64,000 nt of DNA from an uncultured Acidobacteriota bacterium. GTDB lineage: Bacteria > Acidobacteriota > Terriglobia > Acidiferrales > UBA7541. The stretch covers positions 6,312-70,311 of the forward strand of contig CAWCQH010000012.1 in the NCBI GenBank assembly GCA_963797585.1, given 5' to 3'. Shown here in pieces: positions 10,289 through 19,700 of the stretch. The first letter of the stretch is position 1; every line of letters begins with the position of its first letter. Below the pieces are notes generated by a model. That model saw only the letters and a program-made list of their open reading frames with translations, ran no database searches and was not told where the DNA came from. Made by a program: the position numbers and the translations under genes.

Positions 10289-10963
10289 CTAGCGGCGCCT
10301 CAGGACTTTGCGCAACGATTGGCGCACTTCCAATCCTCCATCGTAGTCTATAAATCCCTGCTTTCTGAATCGATTCATGAACAGGTTGATTCGTGGGCGC
10401 GTCGTACCGACCATCTCCGCCAGAACCTGATGGCTTAGTTTGGGAATTTCAACAACCGGCGGACCTCTCTTATCCAAGTGGGCCAGCCGCAAAAGCACAC
10501 GCGCCAGTCGCTGTTCGGCAGAAGAAGTCAGCAATTCCGCAACGTGATCCTGATACTTCTTGACGCTGGATAACAGGTAGGCCACCAGGGAATTGGACAG
10601 CTTATTCTTTTTGCGAAGCATTTGGAGCATCTTGGCTTTATGGATGGTGCGTATCGAACTGGCGGTTAACGCGACAGCCGTGGACATACGAAGGGGATAG
10701 CCTGCGAGGCAAAGCTCACCAAAGAGATCGCCGCCCCCCAGGATGGCGGTAACAGCTGGAGCCTGGTGTTTCGCTCGGCTGGTGAGCCGCACTCCTCCTT
10801 CCTGGATGTAGAAAAGTGTGTACGCAGGTGCGCCTTGTGCGTAAATGTTCTGCTTGCGCCGATAGCGCAACACCTTGCCGCCCAGGCTGGCTCCTGAAGA
10901 GAATCCGCCAAGGTGGGACCTTGTCTGTCTAGCTACCTTCATGTGTGGGCCTCTGACGCTCAT
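10289..10963 (-). CDS. Crp/Fnr family transcriptional regulator
   Basis: cNMP-binding-like beta-roll (FYIQEGGVRLT, GDLFGE) plus a C-terminal HTH (SHQVLAEMVGTTRPRINLFMNRFRKQGFIDY). Confidence 0.85.
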   Translation of the reverse strand: MSVRGPHMKVARQTRSHLGGFSSGASLGGKVLRYRRKQNIYAQGAPAYTLFYIQEGGVRLTSRAKHQAPAVTAILGGGDLFGELCLAGYPLRMSTAVALTASSIRTIHKAKMLQMLRKKNKLSNSLVAYLLSSVKKYQDHVAELLTSSAEQRLARVLLRLAHLDKRGPPVVEIPKLSHQVLAEMVGTTRPRINLFMNRFRKQGFIDYDGGLEVRQSLRKVLRRR

Positions 10964-11252
10964 GTCGACTTCCCATGGCGCGGGTGGAACCCTCTCTTCT
11001 TGGCATTTCGGCCTTTTGACAACACGCAGCCGTGAGTTGTTAGGTTGCAGGCTATCAGGTAGTACAAATCAATAATGTGCAGAAAGAGACATATTTAAAA
11101 AGAACGATTCGTCGTCAAAGCTAAAGTCCGCGTGTGGAAGAGCGGGTAGGGTTTGTAAAAGCCGAGAGCGTAGCCTGTCTTTTTCATCCTCGGTATTGCG
11201 GTGAACGGAAGCATGGATTGCGAAAAACCATGGGCTCAATCAATGGTCTAGA

Positions 11253-11735
11253 ATGGCCTCTATGGCCCGCCGCTCCCCTGCCACTTCGACGGACGAACAT
11301 CTCGATCATATCGCCGCAATATTGGACGATATCTTTCGCGTTCCGGGAACGCAGATCCGCTTCGGGCTCGATTTTCTGATCGGGTGGATTCCAGGTGTAG
11401 GGGATGCCGTCGCAGGCATAGCCTCACTGATCATTATTGTTGCGGCTTGGCGACGCGGCGCAGCTTTGGCCACTCTTGCACGCATGATAGCAAACGTAAT
11501 CCTGGAGGCCACGGTGGAGGCGATTCCTGTAGCCGGCGACGCTTTCCACGTCGTCTGGAAGGCGAATCGTAGAAATTACCGTTTGTTGCTGCGAGAGAAA
11601 AATCGAACCGCGGGTGAAAGCCACGCCTGGCGGGACGTTCTTTTCCTTGTTCTGTTGTCTGTCGGCACCCTTTGCCTTGTCGCCGTGCCCCTCGGTTTGG
11701 TTATCTGGCTGATCCGATCACACAGGTTGATCTAA
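11253..11735 (+). CDS. DUF4112 family membrane protein
   Basis: LDDIFRVPGTQIRFGLDFLIGWIPGVGDAVAGIASLIII is the characteristic DUF4112 core. Two or three hydrophobic helices. Confidence 0.7.
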   Translation: MASMARRSPATSTDEHLDHIAAILDDIFRVPGTQIRFGLDFLIGWIPGVGDAVAGIASLIIIVAAWRRGAALATLARMIANVILEATVEAIPVAGDAFHVVWKANRRNYRLLLREKNRTAGESHAWRDVLFLVLLSVGTLCLVAVPLGLVIWLIRSHRLI

Positions 11736-11821
11736 TGGAAAGTCGAGAACCCGGCGGGTCTCATTCCTTCCAGCAACAGATGCTGTTGAGAAAGAATTCA
11801 TCGTTTTCTCAGAATACGGGC

Positions 11822-12082
11822 CTACACCTGGGGAAAATGAATTTTCAGCTTATAGCAGATGTAGAGAACCAGGATCGCGCCCAGCGTGGAAAAAATGAGG
11901 CCAGCGGGATGGTATCGTGCGTTTTTCGGGCGAAAAAGGACGTGTGTAACGCCGCCCCCGATGATCGATCCGATGATGCCGAGGACGATCGTCCAGAACA
12001 TCGTTATGTGTACGTGCATTACTGATTTCGCGACAACTCCCGAGACCAGCCCGATCAGAATATACCAGATTAAGTGAAACAT
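11822..12082 (-). CDS. GlsB/YeaQ/YmgE family (transglycosylase-associated) small membrane protein
   Basis: 86 aa. IGLVSGVVAKSVM and GIIGSIIGG glycine-zipper helices are typical of the family. Confidence 0.8.
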   Translation of the reverse strand: MFHLIWYILIGLVSGVVAKSVMHVHITMFWTIVLGIIGSIIGGGVTHVLFRPKNARYHPAGLIFSTLGAILVLYICYKLKIHFPQV

Positions 12083-12214
12083 ACCTTCCCCTCCATCCTT
12101 TGCCTTCAGAACTCGCCGCCATCCTAATCAACGTTGCCGCGGTTGTCTGTGCTGTTCAAGACATTGGGGGGAATTGGCCCAATTGCTTTAAGGGGGGCGT
12201 GTACGTCCCGAAAC

Positions 12215-14377
12215 CTAGTGCAGACTGAAGTTCATTCTGACTTGTACGTGGGCCGACGTGGGTTGACCGTTGAGTCGTGCGGGTTGGTATTTCCACATAC
12301 GCAGGCTTTCCATTGCAGCCTGTCTCAGGATTGGATTTCCCGAAAGAACCTTCATGTCACCGATCTTGCCCGTTTCGTCCACCACGGCGTCGATCAACAC
12401 GAAGCCTGAGACATTCGTCGAGCGGGCGACCGACGGATAACTTGGCGGGGGAGATGACACGAGCCTGGGCGGGTCGAGACGTTTGGTAATGTTTACAACC
12501 GGGGATGCTGGTGCAGGCGCGGAAGTTTCGAGCAATCCACTCCCAGGAGTCGGTTCCTTCGGCTGCCCTCCAAAAGATGGCGCCGGATTGCTCGCTACGT
12601 TTACAACCGGGAGCGTCGGGACCGGTACCGAGTTGGCGGCCAGGGCTTTCCCAATGTCCGAATCTCTTGTTGGGGTCCCCGCCACCGGAGGAGGAGGGGG
12701 CTCGACAGCCGGTGGTTGAGGAAATGACTTAAGAGCTGGCTTCGTTGACGGACCGGCGACAACTGACGTGCGAAGTGTCGGCAATGCCGGGGACGCGGGT
12801 GGGATGGAACGCGCGCTCACAGTCTGAGGGGCGATAATTTCGCCAGGAGTCGTGGCGATATCAGCAAAGGGAGTTGCAGCAACAACCGGGGCGGCCGTTG
12901 TTGATTGTTCCGCCTGAGAACCTGCTTTCAGGCCGCTGACCGAATGCGGCGCAGCCACTGCTGCCTTCTGGTGACGCGCCATGTAGACGCCCATCGCCAG
13001 CGCCGCCGGCACAACCGCCGCCGCGATAATCACCAGCGAAAGCCGAAGTCCTGGCTTGAGCCACCGCCGCATTAGCGATGGCTCTGCGGCACTGAATTCC
13101 TTCTCCTTCTCCGGCTGAACGCTCTCCCGCGCGACCGAAGCCACCAGAGTGTTTTTGCGGACGAAAGGAGACACTCGCGCCGCCCTAACCGGGGTGAGTG
13201 CCATTGCGGTTGCGCGGGGGCGCTCGGGAGTTTTTACGGGAGTCGTTACGGGAGCTGCTGAGGGAGAGAGCGCCGCGACCGCAACAATTTGTTCCTTCTC
13301 CGGCTTGCTTTCTTGCGTGGCAGAAAAGTCGCGATGGCTGGCCCCAACCTCCAGCGCGGGCTGTGGAGTGCTCAACACCGCCGCTGGCAGGGGCGTCCCC
13401 CTGTCTTCGACGACGTGGTGCGGCACCGGCGCGTCCATCTCGCGTGCACTCACGGCCGCCACGCTGGGGATAGAGATTAAGTGCCGGGACCTCTCCGGCT
13501 CGGGGTCATCCGAATGACTCGCCGGCGATACGGGTTTTTCCGGCAGCTTGATCCGGGCGACGGGCTCCAGCCGGAAATGGGATGCGACTGACTTGATGAC
13601 CTCCACCGGCACGACGCGAATCTGCCGCGCGCAGGCCGCAGTCAGAGCCTGATCGCAAATACTGTTGACCAGCCGGGGAATGCCCTGCGAATAGGAGTAA
13701 ATTGCCTGGACCGTCTCCGGCGGGAACAAGGTCGCCGCTTGCGAGCCTGCTCCGGCAAGTTCCAGCCGGCGCTCGATGTAAAGCCCTATGTCTTCCGCCC
13801 GGAGCGGTTCCAAATGGCAGCGAACCGCGATGCGCTGTTTCAAGGAGCGCAGCTCGACCGTGTCCAGTTTCTTGTCGAGCTCGGGCTGCCCCACCAGGAC
13901 AATCTGCGCGAGTTTCTGTTGAGCCGTTTCGAAATTCGTCAGAAGCCTGATTTCTTCGAGAACGCTGCGCGGCATCTGATGAGCCTCATCGACGATCAGC
14001 ACGGTCGTGAAGCCCTTCTCGAATTGGCTCAGCAAAAACACGTACAACGCGCGCAACAGGTTTCCCTTGCTGGGTTCCGGCACGCTCAGTCCCAACTCAA
14101 ACGCTATATAGCTCAGGAAATCGACCGTGGACAAACGAGGGCCGATGAAGTACGCGAAGGGGATCTCCTCCCGCTCCAAGCGCTCCATGAGGCAGCGCAG
14201 CACCAGGGTCTTGCCGGTGCCCACTTCACCGGTCATTACGACAAAGCCTTTCCGCAGTCGTATCGCGCCGTAAATCGAAGCCAGGGCTTCCTGGCTCTTT
14301 TCCGACGGAATCATGAAGAACGGATCGGGTGAGAGCTGGAACGGGCTGGAAATCAGGCCTAAGAATTCTTCATACAT
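12215..14377 (-). CDS. ExeA/GspA-like AAA+ ATPase fused through one TM helix and Pro-rich spacers to a TonB C-terminal domain
   Basis: 720 aa. Walker A GEVGTGKT, Walker B VLIVDEAHQ. TM helix LRLSLVIIAAAVVPAALAMGVYMA (about 12970-13045). C-terminal PPSYPSVARSTNVSGFVLIDAVVDETGKIGDMKVLSGNPILRQAAMESLRMWKYQPARLNGQP matches TonB_C. Confidence 0.7.
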   Translation of the reverse strand: MYEEFLGLISSPFQLSPDPFFMIPSEKSQEALASIYGAIRLRKGFVVMTGEVGTGKTLVLRCLMERLEREEIPFAYFIGPRLSTVDFLSYIAFELGLSVPEPSKGNLLRALYVFLLSQFEKGFTTVLIVDEAHQMPRSVLEEIRLLTNFETAQQKLAQIVLVGQPELDKKLDTVELRSLKQRIAVRCHLEPLRAEDIGLYIERRLELAGAGSQAATLFPPETVQAIYSYSQGIPRLVNSICDQALTAACARQIRVVPVEVIKSVASHFRLEPVARIKLPEKPVSPASHSDDPEPERSRHLISIPSVAAVSAREMDAPVPHHVVEDRGTPLPAAVLSTPQPALEVGASHRDFSATQESKPEKEQIVAVAALSPSAAPVTTPVKTPERPRATAMALTPVRAARVSPFVRKNTLVASVARESVQPEKEKEFSAAEPSLMRRWLKPGLRLSLVIIAAAVVPAALAMGVYMARHQKAAVAAPHSVSGLKAGSQAEQSTTAAPVVAATPFADIATTPGEIIAPQTVSARSIPPASPALPTLRTSVVAGPSTKPALKSFPQPPAVEPPPPPVAGTPTRDSDIGKALAANSVPVPTLPVVNVASNPAPSFGGQPKEPTPGSGLLETSAPAPASPVVNITKRLDPPRLVSSPPPSYPSVARSTNVSGFVLIDAVVDETGKIGDMKVLSGNPILRQAAMESLRMWKYQPARLNGQPTSAHVQVRMNFSLH

Positions 14378-14453
14378 AAAATGTCCTGGTCTGCCTACTT
14401 TCCGTGATGTGTCCTGTTATCTTTGGAATTCGCGTCGCTTTAGGCGACAAAAT

Positions 14454-15722
14454 CTACGCGCACGCTTCCTCGCCTTGGCTCGCTGGGGTTTTTGCGAGTT
14501 CCCGGGGTACCCAAAACTCGGGCATCGGGTTGGGAAATTCAAACGCAACGTCGACGCCGCGCCCCAGGCGAGCGCCGAGGAATTCCACAACGCATTCCTG
14601 AGAGTGCTCGTTCTGCTGGTTGGTGATAAGGATCTTCTGGCCTGGCTGTACCGCGGTATTCATCGAAAGCAATCCGCCGTGCGGATTGGTCGCGACGGTA
14701 TGGGCGTGCTCATAGAACGGCTCGCCGTCCGGTCCGCAGCCGTACACAAATAACGGCAGCTTAATCTGATTAATTCCGACGGGCGGCAGCTGGCCCGTTT
14801 GTCCGGCGGTTCCGTGGATGGCCGTATTGAAGCGCGGGCGCGCCTGATAGCTGCGGCGGCGGCGCTTGGTGCGGCTCTTCCGTGGAGGCTGCGGCTCGGT
14901 GGAATGGTCAATCTCATCCAGGCTGAGATCGAGTGCCACTTGCTCGACGACCTCAGCGGAAACAAATCTTTCCCGATTCATAAACGCCCGGACAAGCGAT
15001 TGTTCGCTGATTAGATTTGTCACGCGCGGAATGCCGCGCGCATGCTTGTGCACGGCTTCGATCGCTTCCGGAGTGAAGATTTCGTCCCCGTTGCCGCCCG
15101 CGATACGCAGGCGCTCGAGAATGTATCCGGAGGTCTCTTCCAGCGTCAGGGGGAGCGTCTTTGCCCGAAGCGCGATGCGCTGCCGCAACTGCCGAAGGTC
15201 GCGCTGATTCAGCTTTTGTTCGACTTCCGGCTGTCCCGCCAGCACGATCTGGAGCAGTTTGTGTGTCGAAGTCTCCAGATTCGTCAGCAAACGAATTTCT
15301 TCCAGCGCCTGAAGCGAGAGAACCTGGGCTTCATCTACAACGAGCACGGTTTGCTCGCCCGCCTGGTAGCGGTCCAGCAACCACTGATGCAACCTGAACA
15401 ACACATGGTTTCTCGCCTTCGACGTAACCGGGATGCCGAAATCGGCAATCATATAATCGAAGAGTTGCGACGCGGTCATGCGGGGATTAAAGACAAACGC
15501 TGTTGCAGCGCGCTGCTGATGCAACGAATCGAGAAGCTTATTCAGAATGGTGGTTTTGCCGGTTCCCACCTCGCCGGTCAGCAGGATAAAGCCTTTGCGC
15601 GCTTCGATCCCGTACGTCAGGCAATCCAGCGCCTCCTGCGTGCGCTTGGTCAGATACAGGTAGCGCGGGTCGGTATTGATGTTGAACGGATTCTCGTTCA
15701 GCCCAAAATGCGTCTTATACAT
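14454..15722 (-). CDS. ExeA/GspA-like AAA+ ATPase with C-terminal PilZ-like beta-barrel
   Basis: Start chosen at MYKTHFGLNENPF, parallel to the paralogue start MYEEFLGLISSPF, with GAGG 9 nt upstream. The ORF is open to 15764. Walker A GEVGTGKT, Walker B VLVVDEA. The C-terminus LPLFVYGCGPDGEPFYEHAHTVATNPHGGLLSMNTAVQPGQKILITN resembles the PilZ domains at 49044 and 50489. Confidence 0.65.
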   Translation of the reverse strand: MYKTHFGLNENPFNINTDPRYLYLTKRTQEALDCLTYGIEARKGFILLTGEVGTGKTTILNKLLDSLHQQRAATAFVFNPRMTASQLFDYMIADFGIPVTSKARNHVLFRLHQWLLDRYQAGEQTVLVVDEAQVLSLQALEEIRLLTNLETSTHKLLQIVLAGQPEVEQKLNQRDLRQLRQRIALRAKTLPLTLEETSGYILERLRIAGGNGDEIFTPEAIEAVHKHARGIPRVTNLISEQSLVRAFMNRERFVSAEVVEQVALDLSLDEIDHSTEPQPPRKSRTKRRRRSYQARPRFNTAIHGTAGQTGQLPPVGINQIKLPLFVYGCGPDGEPFYEHAHTVATNPHGGLLSMNTAVQPGQKILITNQQNEHSQECVVEFLGARLGRGVDVAFEFPNPMPEFWVPRELAKTPASQGEEACA

Positions 15723-15779
15723 GTCGGTAACCTCAGTTGTAGGGAAGATTCCCTCGAAACCCAAACATGCTCACGAACT

Positions 15780-16310
15780 TCAGCTCAGCCTGAAATCAAA
15801 GTTGGTCGTGGCTTGTGAATCGATCGGGGCCCCGTCGAGTCGCGCTGGCTCGTAGCGCCTCGCCGCCACCGCCTCCATGGCAGCTCGGGCCAGAATCGGA
15901 GCGCCCGTCAACGATTTCACGTCATACACCTGTCCTTCCGGACTGATGCGGAACTGCACTTCGACCCTGCCCGAGACAGAGCATTCCTTCGCGACCGCCG
16001 GATACATTGGATCCTTAGGCAGAATCAGCGTGGCAGGCTCAACGCTGCCAGTTGCTTGCGAAGGACCCGGCTCCGAAGGCGCCAAAGAACGCAGCATGCC
16101 ACGCGGCATTCGCAAAAGCGAACGCACGATCGGCCCTTGTTGTGGGGGCCTGGCGCTATCTGAGTCTGGCTGCCTTTCAGACGACAGGGCCGTACCCAGA
16201 CTCTCCGCCAAATGCGAGCCTGATTTGGGAGATTGCGCGGTCCCCGGGGCAGCTTCTCGCACACTTTTTGACTTCTCGGCGTGCTTACGCGCGTCAAATA
16301 CCCTGCTCAA
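15780..16310 (-). CDS. TonB_C-domain protein without recognisable signal peptide or TM segment
   Basis: 176 aa. The C-terminal 80 aa (YPAVAKECSVSGRVEVQFRISPEGQVYDVKSLTGAPILARAAMEAVAARRYEPARLDGAPI) are TonB_C-like. The N-terminal 90 aa are low-complexity Ser/Pro/Gln-rich. Confidence 0.55.
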   Translation of the reverse strand: MSRVFDARKHAEKSKSVREAAPGTAQSPKSGSHLAESLGTALSSERQPDSDSARPPQQGPIVRSLLRMPRGMLRSLAPSEPGPSQATGSVEPATLILPKDPMYPAVAKECSVSGRVEVQFRISPEGQVYDVKSLTGAPILARAAMEAVAARRYEPARLDGAPIDSQATTNFDFRLS

Positions 16311-16730
16311 CCTGGTTGTCTCCTGCGGGCGCCTATTTTCCTGAATCGATCACGACACGTTTAGCCTGTCACTCGGCCAAACATTCAGAATACGAATGTG
16401 ATGGAATATTAGGCCGGACAGAAAGGGAGTCAATCGGACGGTGCAATTTAAGGGATGTGGAAAATCGTGCCGCTGTGGAACGTATCAGTACGTTCAGTAC
16501 CAACGGATCTATGGTTATAGGGAGGTTGGGGCGCTGTTCCGCGCTTTCAGATCTGCTTCTGTGTACGGGGCACGATCTCCCCGGGCGATTTTCACAGGAT
16601 ATTCACCTGAAAATCCTTGCCCAGTCATGCCACAAGCCGTATCCTCATATTCCCCCCGCGTGCACAGCGCGCCCCAGAATTATTCTGGCGTGTTGTGCTG
16701 CCCAGATAGTTCACTTACAGCCGGTTCTCT

Positions 16731-19700
16731 ATGCCCTTGTTCTTATTGTCTTCCGGTTCATTTGAAACCGATCGCTCGTTCTCGTTCGCCAGCAGAGTTG
16801 CTCTGCTGCGTGCCTTACTTTGCCTGTTGGTGCTGGGGACTCTTACGGGCAGCGTCTTCGCCCAGTCGGGTGGACAAGTCCTTTACAACGGCATTGTCCT
16901 GCCGGCGCAGTGGCCACCCAGCCAAACACCTACGCAGTCATTCCAGGCACCGTCATATATAACCAATCCTCCTTCGGTAATTCCAATCGACTTAGGTCGC
17001 CAATTGTTTGTTGACGATTTCTTGATTCAACAGACGACGATGACTCGCACGCAACACCAAGCAGTGATGTATCCCCTGAACCCGATCATTGCCCCGGGTC
17101 CGTCAGAGTACGGTGGACTATTGATGCCCTTCAGCGGCGGGGCGTGGTTTGATCCGAGCGACCAGCTCTTCAAGATGTGGTTGTTCTGCGGAGCTGCGCC
17201 GGTTGCGGAGGTTTGTTATGAATATTCGACGGATGGCAAGAACTGGATCAGACCGGCTATCCCAGACGCTTTCGTACCGAATACCAATCAGGTCATACCG
17301 AGCGGCTTAGTCGTTTGGATGAACCTCCAGAATCCGGACCCGAATAATCCACTGCAAGCCTTGGCAAACGGAGTGGGCGGGGGAAATGGGGTCTACGCTT
17401 ACGGCAGCACCAGCGGTTTTCCGGGCAACACTTATAACTATACAAACTACTGGGTAGACGTGGTGTTTGCACAAGGAGGAGCGCCACCTCCGTCGTGTCC
17501 GTGCACCATTTGGAGCGGCACGTCAGTTCCGGCTCTGGCTGATGCGGGGCCGGATTCGCCCGTCGAGCTTGGCGTAAAGTTCACAGCCAATGTAAACGGT
17601 ACCATCAGTGGTATTCGCTTCTACAAGAGCAGCGCAAACACAGGAACGCACGTCGGCAACCTTTGGACGAGTACCGGAACTCTTCTGGCTACGGCAATCT
17701 TCAGCAATGAAACGGCTTCCGGCTGGCAGCAGGTGAACTTTCCTACTCCGGTGGCAATTACTGCGAACACCACCTATGTCGCCTCCTATCACACGAGCGT
17801 GGGACACTACAGTGCGGACCAGACCTTCTTTGCCCACAAATTCACGGCCTTCACGGTACAGCCTGCTCCACAGGTAACCCCTCCCATCCTGGCATCCTTC
17901 TCCACAGACGGCATCCATTGGCTTGGTACAAACCAGAAGCAGTATCCCATTCCTATCGTCTACGATCGAACGACGCTGTTTTGGAATCCCTTCCGGAACG
18001 TTTGGGTGGACAGCATGAAGAATTACATGACGCTTCCATCCACGCCAACACGTCCGGGATACCTGAGCCGATTTCGCAACTATGCCGAAAGTCCGGATTT
18101 GATGAACTGGACTCCTGCGGAACCGGCGAATTTTGGTACAAGCTTCTGGACCGGACCCGATGTGAACGATCCTCCCTACGCCCCCGGGGAAACTACGTTT
18201 CCTCAACTTTACAACCTCGACGCAGTCGGCTACGAAAGCGTCATGGTGGGGCTTTTCAGTTGGTTCTATCCCGGGGGGGACGAATCCGGGGGATTGCCGG
18301 GACCGGATTTGGTGGAACTCGGAGTCGGGTTCAGTCGCGACGGCTTCCAATGGGTGCGTCCGACACGCGGCAGCGGCCCCGGGCCCAACGGAGCCTTCAT
18401 TCCCGCATCCAATGTGCCTGGAACATGGAACATGGGGAACACGCAATCCGCCGGGGGATGCTTCTTGGTTGTGGGCGATGAATTGTGGTTCTACTTCAGC
18501 GGGCGGAACGATTTACATGGGAGTGATAACGCAGTGGGTTCCACCGGCTTGGCGACGCTTCGACGCGACGGCTTCTACTCCATGAATGCCGGATCAAACC
18601 CAGCCGTTTTGACAACACGGCCTGTTCAATTTTCCGGCAAATACCTCTTCGTAAACGTGAAAGATCCCCAAGGCTCGCTCCAGGTACAGGTTTTAAATTC
18701 CGCAACCGGGACGGTGCTGGCAACATCGCAATCCTTGAGCGTTGACAAGACGCTGCAGCAGGTCACGTGGAACGGATTGTCCGACTTGTCGGCGTTTGCA
18801 AATCAGCCTGTGCAATTTCAATTCACTCTGACGAGCGGCGAACTCTACTCGTTCTGGGTAAGTGCGAGCACCTCGGGCGCCAGCAATGGATACGTGGCGG
18901 CCAATGGTCCGGGCTTTACGGGTCCAACGGATACTCTTGGCGTGGGATCTTATCCGACGGCGGTCGCGACTCCAGAGATTTATCCGGTTGGGGGCACGAT
19001 CTCGAGTTCCACCAGCGTGACGATATTGACGAGAACCCTCGGCTCGACGATTTATTACACCCTCGATGGCAGCACACCAACTGCGTCCTCGCCGGTTTAT
19101 AGCGGCCCTATTACGCTCGCGTCCAGCGTGACCGTCAATGCTATTGCCATGGCTCCCGGCCTGCAAACAAGTGCGATGGACTCAGCGGCATTCATCGTTA
19201 GCAACACGCCGCCGATGGTGTCCATAACCTCTCCCGCAAATGGCCAGTTCGTTTCTTCGGCGATTTCGCTAATGGCGAGTGCCTCAGACAGCGTTGGTAT
19301 TGCGAATGTGCAGTTTCTGGTCGATGGTGTGTCTTTTGGAACCGTCAGTACTGCTCCCTACACGATGAGCCTGCAGACAACCACGTTGACCAATGCCACT
19401 CATACGATTACGGCCATTGCAACCGATAACGTGGGCAACCAGGCCACTTCGGCTGCGGTAACCGTAGCGGTTGACAACGTTACGACCGGTGCGACCGCCG
19501 GGTTGGTGGGTTACTGGAGCTTTGATTCAGCATATGTAAGCGGAACAACTCTTTTCGACCAATCGGGCAACATGAACAACGCTACCGCTTCCTCGACGAC
19601 ATCCGCCCCAGGAGAAATAGGACAAGCCCTCTCTTTCAATGGCTCTTCCAGTTCCGCCCAGGTACCCTCCAGCTTATCTACACAGGCATTTGACCTTGTG

